A stretch of 62,665 bases of DNA, the filler included, from Basidiobolus ranarum (Eukaryota): assembly GCA_040143965.1 (NCBI GenBank). It is 17 parts of 17 records of this genome, joined end to end, with 100 filler letters (N's around TTAATTAATTAA, not from the genome) between each part and the next. Parts side by side here need not be neighbours in the genome. Positions count along the whole stretch, not along the records: positions 1 to 3,603 come from JASJQH010009264.1; positions 3,704 to 7,304 come from JASJQH010009265.1; positions 7,405 to 11,004 come from JASJQH010009266.1; positions 11,105 to 14,704 come from JASJQH010009267.1; 13 more parts are not named here. One strand, given 5' to 3'. Shown piece after piece: positions 1 through 12,010 of the stretch. The number at the start of each line of letters is the position of its first letter. Position 1 is the first letter of the stretch. Under the pieces are notes generated by a model. The model was not told the origin of the DNA. It made no database searches and saw only the letters and a program-made list of their open reading frames with translations. Position numbers and translations under genes: made by a program.

Positions 1-2740
1 TGCCAATCAACTGTGGTAAAAGTGTAAGAAAACCAATAAACACCTGGTTGCTAAGATTTGATTGAACTCTCCACTCCTCAATAATCAAAGCTGCTTCCTT
101 TACTGTAAGTGGTATGAGTGGACTAATGCTTTGCCACTAACAATGAGTCTATAACAAAACCATCACTTTCTTCTTCAACTTCTGATATACTACCAACAGT
201 ACCTGAATAACTATGGTCAACATCTAGCAGCATGTCCTCAAAGTTGTCTGGACTTGCTGATTAGACCAAAGTTGCATTTCTACCTACATTGTTCTGGTCA
301 TAAAGCTATGGTAGATCTATAGTATCTTAACTTTTGGCAGCTTTACCAAACCTTTGGAGCAAAGCATAGCCAGTGGACTCAGTGGGAAAACCTAGAGTTG
401 ATTTGTGCACTTATTACTGTTGATATTTACCAGGTTTTGTGCAGGTGAAGACTTTGTACAGTGCATATGCTTGTGATTATTGTCTTTATGATGCCTCTGG
501 CTTTCATTGCACCAGAATTAGTGACAATTATAGCAGGATTTCTTTAAATATTTGTGTTGTGGCATGTGAAGGATATTGTAAAAGAAAGAAACCTCCTATG
601 TGAGTAAGGTATTTTAGACATAGCTAATCAAAATCATGGGTTGATTCTGAAATGTTATCACATATGAGTCATCAGGGGACTTACAAGATACTTCTGATAT
701 TGATTGGCAACTTTGGCTTACTATAACCTTTTTCTAAGCAATTTCATTGCACCAAGTTTACCATCTGAAAATTTCAATGCCATTCAAAAAGCATTCAAGA
801 TGTTATTCAAAATTGGCTTCAAAGCACAAGCCTGCTGGCAAGAAAGGGAAAAAGCTAGCAAGAACAGAGGACTTAATTGATGAGCAGTCTAGCAATCCAC
901 TTTCAACTCTTGAAGGCATTAACATGCCACAAACTAACTCATGTGATGTTGAAGCAATAATCAATTTACCAGATGTGTTCCTTTCCAGCAATAGTGCAAG
1001 TGAAGAGATTGTAATCCCCCAATTACAAAGTAAATTAATAGTTGAGCAAAGTTCAGCAGAAACACCATCAAGACCATCAAATTCCAAATGGCAACTTTGC
1101 CAACTATTGAATGACCCTCCATGGAAAATTTGGATTGAATAAATACCACAAGGGAATTGCAGGCCAAATACCATAATGATTTGTATGCAACCATAAGTAA
1201 AACTACAAAGTTGCTATACAGGCCATGACAAGGAACTATGTCACATATTGCAATTGATGCAGTGTTTGGAAGCAACTAGACAACAGTCAGAGAGTCACTC
1301 TACAATGATACAAGACCTTCAGAATGCTGTACTTGAGCTATAGCAACATGCTGCTTCCTCCATGCATTTTCATACAGGATTATAATCAATCTAAAACCAT
1401 ACATATGAATGTCACCATGACAATCTAGTAGACCAGAATATGGGTTGGACCATTAAGCCTACACAATGATCTGAATTTTCTTGGGTACATGAAAGTAGGA
1501 AAATGGGCAAACCACAAGACTCTGAATGGCAGAGCTTTTGTTACTTGCTCTGATCATGAGTGGTTTAATATTTTGGAAGTTGTATGGAATCTTGCCCAGA
1601 ATCACCTCAATTTGGGCCAATCAAGGAAAAACCAAAAACCAGGTGTTGCTCTGAAAGTTCCTGATTATAACATGTGGTGTATCCTGTGTTTTTGCAAGCA
1701 AATGGCAATTTGGCTAGTATAGGCCTATTCATGAAACATCCCAAAATTCATTGCAATTATTGACTTGGAAAAGAAAGACAAGCTGCTAAAGAGGTACTGA
1801 AGGAGCAGGAAGCTAGTAAACCTAAGGGAAAAGCAAAGGAGCCAGTGACCTTAGACTCTACTGTTCCACTTACCTAACTCTTCACACCATTATAAAGATC
1901 TGCATTTTAGAGTCAGATGTGCTGGCAAAAGAGCTTAATTTCACCATGGAACCAGCTACACCAGTTGGAAAATTGCTAAATTTGGAAGTTTATCTAACAC
2001 CTGCCATCTTTGAATAAGTCAAAACTCACAGCTCTCTGAACCTCAACTGGTACTCTTCAAAGTGTTCAAATTGGCCCCAAACTTAAAGGCAAGCAAAAAG
2101 CCTCACAAACACTGCAAAGCTTGCCCAAAAGTGTTACACTACCAGGACATATAAGAATAGTCAAAGTGCTTGAGAATTAATTTCAAAAGTATAAAGGGAA
2201 AAATGCAGCGCAAGTATGCCAAAAGTGGCTTTAGAAGAAGTACATTCAACTTGACATTCAGTCTGGTTTTGACCATGCAGATAGCTGGGAAGAACTTAAT
2301 ACAGAGTAGCACAATATCTCAGGGTATCTGCCAGATAGCTGGAAGAAGGTTGATTCAGCAACAAGAATTCAATGGTCAGCTTTGATGGAGATATTGCTAC
2401 AAACTCATGTTAGATATGAGCTAAAACATGGGTGTGAAGAACTCTATAAAAATATTTGGGACAGTATATCACAGAAACTAGAAACTTTGAAGGCAACAAA
2501 TTAGTGTTCCAGAAGTAAATGTGTAAAATTTAATTGTGTTTTTTGCACTTGTGTTGATCCATAGTTCTCTTAGATTATAGCCCATCATGTGCAACTATTT
2601 TGCAAGTTCTTGAAATTTCACTCCTGAAACTGAAAAAATTGATTAAAATCCATTCTAACTTAACAATTTCTGATGGTAGGTAAACATTAAATCCAGTATG
2701 GATTAAAATTTTGACCTTGTTCCTACAACAACAATCATCA
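1..2740 (+). mobile_element. Decayed CACTA/EnSpm-like DNA transposon (family A): transposase C-terminal region plus downstream ORF remnant
   Basis: Colinear with the reverse complement of ~49200-51631 and partly with 38640-40567 and 54545-55180. Many stops and frameshifts, almost no CpG. Family assignment is indirect, through overlap of related copies with the transposase remnant at 31600-33070. Boundaries approximate. Confidence 0.55.
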
Positions 2741-2759
2741 CATTTCTATTAGGGGACTG

Positions 2760-3603
2760 GATGCACTATCACAAATTGGAATAATATCTATTAGCTAATG
2801 GGATCAAAACTCAAAACTTTAACAAGCTAGAAATCTTCAAATTGCATTCTGAGCATGCAAAGAGGCCAAAACTGACAAAAGAAGCTGTCAGATGTGGCAA
2901 AGAAGATGAGGCCATATTGGGAACAAACACTGATCCAAATGATCCAAAATCAGCTTGTTTCAAGCTTAGAAATTTAGAATATCACTAAATTGAATCTCTC
3001 TGAAGGTTACCAATATGGAAAACAACACAGACAGCCATTTTCAAACTCTGGAGACATCAAATCCACTCTGCATTTCATCCTGACTAACTCATATCTATGT
3101 AGGCCCATGAAAAATGTCCTACTAGGTGGCCAAAGGTACTCAATGATCTTGAAAGATGACAAAACAATATGTACTTAGTTATTCTTTCTCAAATACAAAC
3201 TGAAGTCTTAGCTATGTTCAAGCACTATAAAGCAATGGTGGAGAAAGAATCAGCACAAACAATAAGGGTACCAAGGAGTGATAATGGTGGAGAATACTGT
3301 TACAAAGACCTTTCTAGTTTCTGCTCTCAAGATGGAATTATGCAACAAACTACTGTATGGTATACTCCACAGCATAATGGAGATGCAGAATGTGCTAACA
3401 GGACCATAGTGGAGATGGGCAAGATCAATGTAGCATGATCAGAAGTTAGATTACCAATATTGGGCTGAATTGGTCTCTACTGGAGTCTATATCAAAAACA
3501 GATGTCCAACAAGATAACCATGATATTTTACTCCATTTGAAGCCCTATATGGATCAAAACCAAGTGTGGATCATCTCAGGATTGTTGGTTGCACAGCAAA
3601 TTG
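2760..3603 (+). mobile_element. Ty1/copia GAG-pre-integrase and integrase core remnant
   Basis: ORF 3169-3438 has RSDNGGEY...YTPQHNGDAECANRTIVEM (copia rve motifs). Upstream EGYQYGKQHRQPF resembles the pre-integrase Zn motif. Broken by stops and frameshifts. Confidence 0.9.
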
Positions 3604-3703
3604 NNNNNNNNNNNNNNNNNNNNNNNNNNNNNNNNNNNNNNNNNNNNTTAATTAATTAANNNNNNNNNNNNNNNNNNNNNNNNNNNNNNNNNNNNNNNNN
3701 NNN
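3604..3703. other. Artificial contig-joining linker (first of 16)
   Basis: N44-TTAATTAATTAA-N44, stops in all six frames. The others start at 7305, 11005, 14705, 18404, 22102, 25797, 29492, 33185, 36877, 40568, 44259, 47947, 51632, 55312 and 58991. Confidence 0.99.
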
Positions 3704-5293
3704 ATGGTCTGGGACAAGACACAAAGAGCATCGTGAAGTGAACGTTCAGCTTCATCCAGAATTTGATGAGTAGCGCCACGAATAACAATGGTACAAGCTT
3801 CACCAGCAGCAACTCCTGAGAATTTGACCATTTTGTCTTCACCAATCATGATTTCTTCAATCAAATCACAATGTCCGAGTTTGACAAGTTCAGGATTATT
3901 GAAAGTAGAGGCGATTTCACCTCCAGTGACAAGTGCTAATCTCTCAACACCTTCAAAGTCGGCGTGTTCAATAGCTGCGATACCAGCATCAGCAAATAGC
4001 TGTTCAGGCCAGTTGTAAATAAGCTGACGATTGACGAAACAGTTAATTCCGTGAGCTTTAATCTTCTCAACCTTCTCCTTCATCTTATCTTTCTCGGCTC
4101 TCTCTAATTCAGCCAACTTTCCAGTGGCATCCACGCGGACACGAGCACCGAAAATTTTGATCTTGTCGGTATCCATGGAAGTATTAGCGATTAAAATTTT
4201 AGCATTTTCAATACGCTTGGGCTGATTAACACCGATCTTCTTGTCAAAGATAAAGCCTAAAACCCACAGTAACAATTATATGTCAATATAATACACTGGA
4301 AAATGGATAGAATAAATATAAGGTACCTTCATCTAAGAAGGAGTCGCAAAGACGTCCGCCAACCTTCTTGATAATTTGAATGTTATCCAAGTTGGTACTG
4401 CCCCTCAAGCGTAATACGGCATCGACAGCAAGTTTGGAGAAATACTCCTTATCTTGAGACAATACTTTGGAACTCAAAGTGGTGCGTGCAATGTTGGTAA
4501 GATCTTTTCTAAATTCCTCAATATCTTGGCTGTGATCCTGGGCAGAGGCCTCAAGAGCTTGAAAAGCAGCTTTACTTGCAAGTCTGTAGCCATCAATAAT
4601 TGTTTGGGGATGGATTTTCTGACTGACAAGCTTCTCAGCCTCTCTTAAGAGTTCAGAAGCAAGAACACATACAGAGGTAGTACCATCACCTACTTCATCA
4701 TCTTGAACTTTGGAAATATCTATAGGTGCATGTTAAGGATATTCAAAGAGAAATTTATGCCATAAAATATGTTATGCTTAATATTAGCACACAAAAGGAT
4801 ACTGACAAGGACCTTGGCGGCAGCGTTATCTAAGGCGATTGACTTGAGGATAGTAGCGCCATCATTTGTTACCATAATGGTGCCGTCAGTGCCGGATTGT
4901 AGGATTTTATCCTGTTGGGAATAATGATGAGTATTGCAGTATTTTCTAAAGAAGAGAGAATATTTCGTACCATCCCTTTGGGGCCTAAAGTACTCTTTAC
5001 TAAGTCACCAACTGCAATAGCGCCTACGTAACAAGACTTCAAGAGTAATAATGTTAGTTGGATCCAAAATAAACGTCATTTCTAAGTCAAGATAACCAAC
5101 CAAACGGGCATTTTCAGCACGCTCCTGGGTAGCTTCTTCGTTAAAGATCTGAACTGGAGCAAGAGACTAAAGGCAAACAAAGGAAATGGATGGTGTTACT
5201 ATGTGTCAGAGAATACTAGTAGCCGGGAACCTAGCCAACAAAGAGTAATGTGCTCCTCGACTAGGGAACCCTAAGAGATTGTGTCTATACCAT
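3704..5293 (-). CDS. CCT2: T-complex protein 1 subunit beta (CCT-beta), 3' truncated at contig end
   Basis: Exons 5293-5291 (ATG), 5166-5101, 5036-4971, 4911-4803, 4719-4327, 4256-3704, all GT-AG. Splices to [49 protein letters not shown]...[10 protein letters not shown]...[10 protein letters not shown]...[15 protein letters not shown]...[14 protein letters not shown]. Confidence 0.97.
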
Positions 5294-7056
5294 TGTATTT
5301 ACTGTGAATTGAAAGTCAAGACCTTCAGATGTTATGCTGTGTTGAGTGTATTAAGTAAATGATAATTTTATTCAAGGCAATAGAATACAATAATCTTCCT
5401 ACCCAGGTAACCCAACCACGAATCTAGAATATTGTTTTTTTTCCCAATTTCCACTAAGGACGATTACCGAAAAAAAACCTTCCAATTTGTTCTTCGAATA
5501 TTATGCTGCTAATCTAGTAGGTGACAAGAAATTGTCGAGCTTAATGCTTAATCTGGGAAATCTGGTATCTATTGGCCAGATGTTGAAAAAAACTAGTGTA
5601 CGTAAATGTCAGATTGAATGACTTTCTTTACTCTAAATAGGCGAATGTTGACTGCGCATATATGATATGCATAGTTGTCAAGTGCAGATCATTGGAAGAT
5701 GCAACATTGAGAAACATGCAGTTGTCAATTATGATCCATTGCGTACCAAGACTCTGTCAAATTAGAGAGTTGCTTGGTTTTCCTCTACACCGATCCTCTG
5801 TATCTGTGCTTAAAATACACTTGACGATCACGATAGTTCATCAATAGCATTTAATGTGGATTGAATCCAAGATGAAGCCAGGTGCTACGAAGACAACGAA
5901 ATTCAATATGTAGAGTCAAAGGGATGGGCTTAAGTCCTGATCAAGTTAAATATTTAAGGGATATTTTAGACGTTGAGATATGTAATAGTGAAGTGGCGTA
6001 GACAGCAATTCAAGTGTCCACTGGAGACAATTCAAATCCAAGCTTGGGAAATGTCACTTACACCACAGCCTTTCGTGAAGGGTATGTTGAATAAAAGAAA
6101 AAGGAACCAATCGACCAAATGCATTCGCAAGTACGACTGTAGCAAGGGAGAGATTACATCAGTTTACCGATGTCTTTACCCGCACACTGTGAAGCTTGCG
6201 CTCCAACTTTGTCTTAATAGGAACATAATAGTTGTGCGATAGCTTTAAAAATCCGTTATAGGCAGTTAAGCCTATGTATATACATAAATCGAAGCATATA
6301 AGCAGAAGAACTGGTAAAATCACCAGGAGGGGCAGAAAAAGCAGCCAAGAGTTGAATTCAAAGAAGCTATACATTAGTATGTTATCGGTTGATCCGAATC
6401 TGGAGGAGATAGAGACTTGTGGTGACAGAGATGCTAATAAGAAATAGAAGAGAGAAATATACTTGCCAAGCAAGGGCAGTATAAGAATATTGGACAAGGG
6501 AAACTCAATTTGGAGCTTATAACCAGGGCTCTCATTGGTTTGTTTTCATCAGCTGTGATTCTTTTACGATTTTATTGGCTACGAAGTTTACATCTTCATT
6601 TGATGGTCTCATTGCTCCAATTGATGCTACTTGCCACTTTAATGGCACAATGCTGTTCAGAGCGTAGGTGGCTTAGATGTCATCTATAGGCTAAGCGTCA
6701 AGTATGAGAAAACTATAGCGGGTACGTATCTTGATAACGATGTTCCTATTCCCTATTCGTAATCACCAGCTGCAGCTCTGAGAATATGATTGAGACAGCT
6801 CCAAGTAGGAAAACCGGTACTGATTAGACATACTAGTTCAATCTTAATGATCGCCGACATATTTAGATACCAATCACATGCAATGCATCAAATTAGTATT
6901 ACTCAATATTCAAATCAAGCATTATTTTATATTAGATGTCCTAAGCAAATGCTTTCTGCTTTATTCAGGGTTTTCTATGCCAAGATGGGTAATTTCCTAT
7001 ATCTATTATTTCAAGTATACGAATGAGCGTTTTTATCTCAGGCCATACCTATTACA

Positions 7057-7304
7057 TCATACCATATCACTAAAGGTTTGTTGCAACCTTTGCTCACGAA
7101 CAATCAACTCCCGCAGCAAATCAGTTAATATCTCTAATGAGTTGCGCCTTGAATCTGATGATGTTTGACTTGCTATAGGACTTAGGTCTCTACTCAACCC
7201 CTCACGTTGAACGCGTACGAATGTTTCCGTTTCAGATGCTGAGAATGCCTCCATGTTCATTCGGTCTACCCTAGCATCCAGCACTAGACGATATAGTCGA
7301 GTAT
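7057..7304 (-). CDS. 3' end of a hypothetical protein gene (partial)
   Basis: Frame is open from the contig edge (TRLYRLVLDARVDRM...LQQTFSDMV*). Normal CpG content. No recognised domain. Confidence 0.4.
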
Positions 7305-7404
7305 NNNNNNNNNNNNNNNNNNNNNNNNNNNNNNNNNNNNNNNNNNNNTTAATTAATTAANNNNNNNNNNNNNNNNNNNNNNNNNNNNNNNNNNNNNNNN
7401 NNNN

Positions 7405-7830
7405 TACTGAGAGTAGATTCTTAGCTATGTTTGGTATATAGAGTACATCATGCTATTTTGCAGATGGTGCAGCTAAGTTTTGGCCCCAATTGAGCACACT
7501 GTGCTGTTACAAACTGCATCTAGTGCATAGTCATCACCTAAGTCAACTTTCCTTGTTTAGATGTGCTTTAAGCTAGAAAACCAATCTTTCTTGTTTGACA
7601 TATGTTTTGAAGCTCCTGAATTAAAGTAGCACTTTCTGAGTCTGGCTTAGTCATTACTGATAGGGCAGACAGAAATAGATGATCCCTATCTGTGCCTACG
7701 TGATTGGCTTGCTCTGATTTTACCTTTTTGGCAAAAATCCTTTTTCTGCCATCATTGGTCAAATGGCCAGGTTTCTTGCAATACTTGAAGATAATTGATT
7801 TCCTATCAGGGGCTCCAATATTGATGATTG
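7405..7830 (-). mobile_element. copia gag zinc-knuckle / protease remnant
   Basis: Minus strand gives FKYCKKPGHLTNDG (decayed CCHC) and DVLYIPNIAKNLLSV (copia protease C-terminal motif). Confidence 0.8.
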
Positions 7831-8010
7831 TACAATGTTTTACAGCTCCAAAAAATGACTAATCTGCATGATTTTGCTGAAAATTTTAATAAAAGTGCTT
7901 AGAGGATTTGGAAGTGTTTTTGACAGGATTTGGATTTCTAACAAGATTTATTCAATTGTATATGACCTACTTATGGTTTTCTATGAAATAGGACTATTGG
8001 ACATTTTTAT

Positions 8011-8292
8011 TATTAAAATTAAAAAGGGAGAAATGTTAATCTGGCCAGGATTTGAACCTGGGACCTCTTTCACTCTAGCAAGGTGCTCTAACCACTGAGC
8101 TACCAGTCCTTGTATGCTATGCCTATATTGCTAGGGAGCTCTACCCTAGTCTGTCAATTTATGGTACTTTGACATATCAGCTGTACAAGCAACTGATTGG
8201 CCTTAGACTTTGTGTTCAGATGCAGTCACCATACCACATATTTTCCTCTTTGAGAATTAATGCTTGTACCACAAGTCATCAGACTTCCAGCA
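8011..8292 (-). mobile_element. tRNA-bearing solo LTR (family T), copy 1
   Basis: Reverse complement aligns end to end with 60919-61200. Starts TGCTGGAAGT with a decayed 3' terminus. No clear TSD. Confidence 0.75.
8037..8109 (-). tRNA. tRNA-like sequence (pseudo-tRNA) inside LTR
   Basis: GGACTGGTAGCTCAGTGGTTAGAGCACCTTGCTAGAGTGAAAGAGGTCCCAGGTTCAAATCCTGGCCAGATTA. A box, B box, D arm and T arm are intact. Anticodon stem is mispaired, so no isotype can be assigned. Confidence 0.65.
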
Positions 8293-8589
8293 CTTGGATC
8301 ATAACAAACATGCCTGTTGACCATGGGTGAAAATTTGAGGTGATTTAGAGAAGATTTGAGAAAATAGTCAAAATTGGGAAAAGTAATCTAATTGATATTT
8401 CTATCAATTCGAGCAATAAACACACATTTTTGAATGACAGAATTGAGTACTAAATAATCTAAATCAACTAACTACTAAATAATGAGTTGCTACTTACTTA
8501 ATTTCAACAAATTAAAACGCCTTAATTCCTTATTTAAATGCCTAGCAGTAACATATTCCATTGTGAATGGCTCCAATCTTGATGCTAGT

Positions 8590-9486
8590 GCAATTATGAG
8601 GTTTGCAAACACATTGGGCTGGCTCCCAAGTTATGTCATGGCAAAGCATCTTCATTGAGAGTTTCTGCATTTAGAGGAGCTCCAATGTATGAGAGCTAAT
8701 TCCCTAGAGTTTTTATCTGATTTATATGATCACCCACAAAATCAACAAAAATTCTGAATGGAAAGCAATTTGTGCCCAAGGTATAATCTATTAGCCAGAC
8801 TTTTAGTCTCATACAGTGCCCCAAGTGTTTCCTAGGGAGTTTAGACATAGTTAGCTGAGTGTATGTGCCTTAAATGAGAGTCTCTGAGATATAGACAGTG
8901 TATAGATAGTGCGTTCCTCTGTATCTTGTGAAAGGCAAGGATATCGTCAAGTAGTCCCTTTGGCTCTAGTCCTTCTCCTGCTATAAATCCACCAAGGTTC
9001 TTGTCTACTGGCACCATTTGTATCTTGACCTTCCAAAGGTGAAAGCCTTCACCAGCAAACTTCTCTGTTGATGCAAACACATTGGTAGTAGTCCTGGTCA
9101 ACATACCTTTCACAGCTAGCTTGGGGTTCATGAACTGATGAAAGTGTTTAGGGAATATGGAAGTGTTGAGGACTAGATTTGGATATGTGAATTAGAAACA
9201 GAGGTTTTATTGAATTGAATAAGTCCTTTTTATAGGATACTGTAAGATAGACTTTTGAACATGCATTGATCATAACAAATATGCCTGTTTAGCATGGGTG
9301 AAAATTTGAGGCATTTTGGAGAAGATTTGAGAAAATAGTGAAAATTGGTAAAAGTGATCAAATTGACATTTCTAGTAATTAGAGCAATACACACACATTT
9401 TTGAGTGGCAGAATTGAGTGCTAAATAATCAGAATATGAATAATCTAACAATTAAATAATGAGCTGTTATTTAACTTATTTCAACA
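8590..9486 (-). mobile_element. copia element 5' end: LTR C (9136-9486), PBS (~9121-9135), gag remnant
   Basis: LTR TGTTG...TCA followed by GTTCATGAACCCCAAG (decayed GGTTATGAGCCC PBS), then gag EKFAGEGFHLWKVKIQMV...ALSIHCLYLRDSHLRHI. Confidence 0.85.
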
Positions 9487-10094
9487 CTTCCAAGTTATAT
9501 TGATCAAGCCATCCTAATCAACTTCTTGTTTAATTAAGCATTAGTCCATGCAGTGACAATTATATTTCCAGTGTACATATATTCCAGCTTTTCCTGTTGA
9601 AATGGTGTGCAATATTAATGATAAATCCACAACTGTGCAAAGCAGAATTATTATCCAATGTAATACTATAATGCACCATTGTTGTTCTTCATTGCCCATA
9701 GTGATCCCAGATTGCTTGAAGATCAAGTCTGGAAGTTAAAGTATTCCTATCAAGGCCCTTTAGTTGTGTTAGTTTTGACATTTGTTCCAATTCAGTAGTT
9801 GACATGGCTTTCTTTCAATGTCTCTGCTGTTCATGGATGCAGCACTTCACCAACTGCAACAATATATCCAAATAAGATGAATCTATATCAAAGGTATCAA
9901 TCAATTAAGAGTCAATATATATAACAGTTATTGTTCAGAATTGAAAGTCAATTTTGGAGGAAGGGGTCTTAGCAATTGGCACTTGAACTGCTATCTAGTA
10001 TATTCTTCATGGTTGATGGAGTACTAACTGACTTCCAGCTTCTAAGTTATATGCAGTTACTGAATTTTGATATCTTTTTCAACATTGATCTCAG

Positions 10095-11004
10095 TGATAA
10101 GGGTGTGTATGGGATTTGTAAGTGTTTTGAACAAGCTTTGGATTTGTGATTGAGACACTTGAGTTTTCTTGAATCAAAAGTTTCCCATAGGTAGTTTACT
10201 ATAAAGTAGTACTATTGGATGTGGTTAGATTGTAACAAACTTGCCTGTTAAGCATAGGTAAAATTTGAGGTGATTCAGTGAAGATTTGGAAAATTGTGAA
10301 AATTGGTGAAAGTCATCTAAATGATATATCTATCACTTAGAACACTAAGCACATATTTTTGATTGGCAGAGTTGAATGCTAAATAACCAGAACAGGAATA
10401 AACTAACTTGTAAATAATAAGCTGTTTTATACCAAATAACAACTTTTCCACTCATCTAATTATTCTGTATTTTTCTTAAACCTAACTTATATCTTGATAA
10501 TTCAAATTGTGCTCCGTTTAAAGGTTTGGTTAAGATGTCGGCAATCATTTCTTCAGCAGGGCAATTGATAAGTTTAATTATATCTTTCTCTATTGCTACA
10601 CTAACAAAATGATGCCTGACATCTATGAGCTTTGTTCTATCATGAAATGTTGGGTTTTTAGCTAATGAACTACAACTTTGATGATCTTCAAATACAGTAA
10701 TAGTACATTTTTGCATGTATCCTAAGTCTGTAAATATCTTTCTTAACCACATAGCCTCTTGTATAGTAGCAGTGGCAACCATATACTCTGCTTCTGTAGT
10801 GAAAAGTGCTATGGTTGGTTGCTTCTTACTATTTCAAGTTATGGCTCCATTACCAAAGTAAAAAGTGTACCCAGTTGTTGATCTATTATCATCAAGATTT
10901 CTTCCCCAGTCTGCATCACTGTAGCCTGCAAAATATGATGCATCAGCAGTTGCAGAGTATTCCAGAACTAGATCTACAGTTCCTCTCAAATAACTGAATA
11001 TTTG
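10095..11004 (-). mobile_element. copia element 3' end: RNase H, polypurine tract, 3' LTR C (~10095-10441)
   Basis: STTEAEY-like motif...FEDHQSCSSLAKNPTFHDRTKLIDVRHHF...MIADILTKPL, then purine tract GATGAGTGGAAAAG directly before the LTR. Confidence 0.9.
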
Positions 11005-11169
11005 NNNNNNNNNNNNNNNNNNNNNNNNNNNNNNNNNNNNNNNNNNNNTTAATTAATTAANNNNNNNNNNNNNNNNNNNNNNNNNNNNNNNNNNNNNNNN
11101 NNNNCTTTATTCTTAAGAGTATATGGTGACTTATATAGTAGAAAAGTAAATCAATTGTTTGAGATATTC

Positions 11170-12010
11170 AGGAGTTTGTGTAATAAGATATAATAGATAA
11201 GTGGGGGTAATAAGATATACTTGTTATATAGATATAGAGATATTCCTATTTAGAATATAGGGGCTATAGATACATTGCTTTCTGTTTCTGATATATATAT
11301 CATAACTAAAGTTAACTATGATGTTGAATAAAGATTAATTATCCAACAAGCACAAGTTTGAAAAAGTGTATATATCAATGCAAAGTTCAGTACCTTTTGG
11401 ACAAGTTCAAAAGTCTATATATCTTCAAATTTCTATGATGTTGTAGGCAATATTAATTTCAACAATAAATATCTCACTAACTGATAAAATGTAATCCCTG
11501 ATAAGAACTGTACCAGCATTGACTCTTAGAGAAATGAATATGTCAGATCTGCTATTGAAACTCGTTCCACACTATCACAGAAAGAGTTCGTATATAAAGC
11601 ACAGTGATTTCATATCTCTATATGCTTTACGACTAGTAGATGCAATATATAGGAGATGGTTATTAGCATAACCTAAAAATCTATATAGCCATATATATTT
11701 TAGTATTTAGTTGTTCCATATTTCACTAAAATATTATTCACTATTCTCAATCGGAATTCACTTGCAATATTGACACCAACTTGGAAGTTCTCAGATATAT
11801 AGATTTTTTCAAACTTGTGCTAGAAGCCCCAAACTTTGCACACATATTTTTGGGACCTTCTGTAACATATCATACCCATTTTTTTGCTTACAACTTGGCC
11901 AAAATACAAATGTCAACTTTCTACTCAATAAATTAATAAGTGAAAACCATCAGTTTCTCTAATTCCCCCAATCACTTCTAACAAACTCCCAGAATACGTC
12001 AATATTAACA
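11170..12010. repeat. Degraded copia LTR family B fragments in both orientations
   Basis: 11655-12010 matches 29144-29491 (...gctagaagccccaaactttgcacaca...). 11350-11464 resembles the reverse complement. Confidence 0.7.

Larger units (their letters stand above)
7890..8510 (-). repeat. copia LTR family C copy, interrupted by the tRNA-bearing LTR
   Basis: 7890-8003 and 8293-8510 join into the same LTR as 9136-9486, 41627-41976 and 59706-60057. Confidence 0.8.

Noticed and set aside
8037-8109. Amber-suppressor tRNA (CTA near the anticodon loop) explaining the in-frame TAGs
   Set aside because: CTA is not at positions 34-36 in the canonical fold, the stem does not pair in a shifted register, and there is no long Leu-type variable arm.
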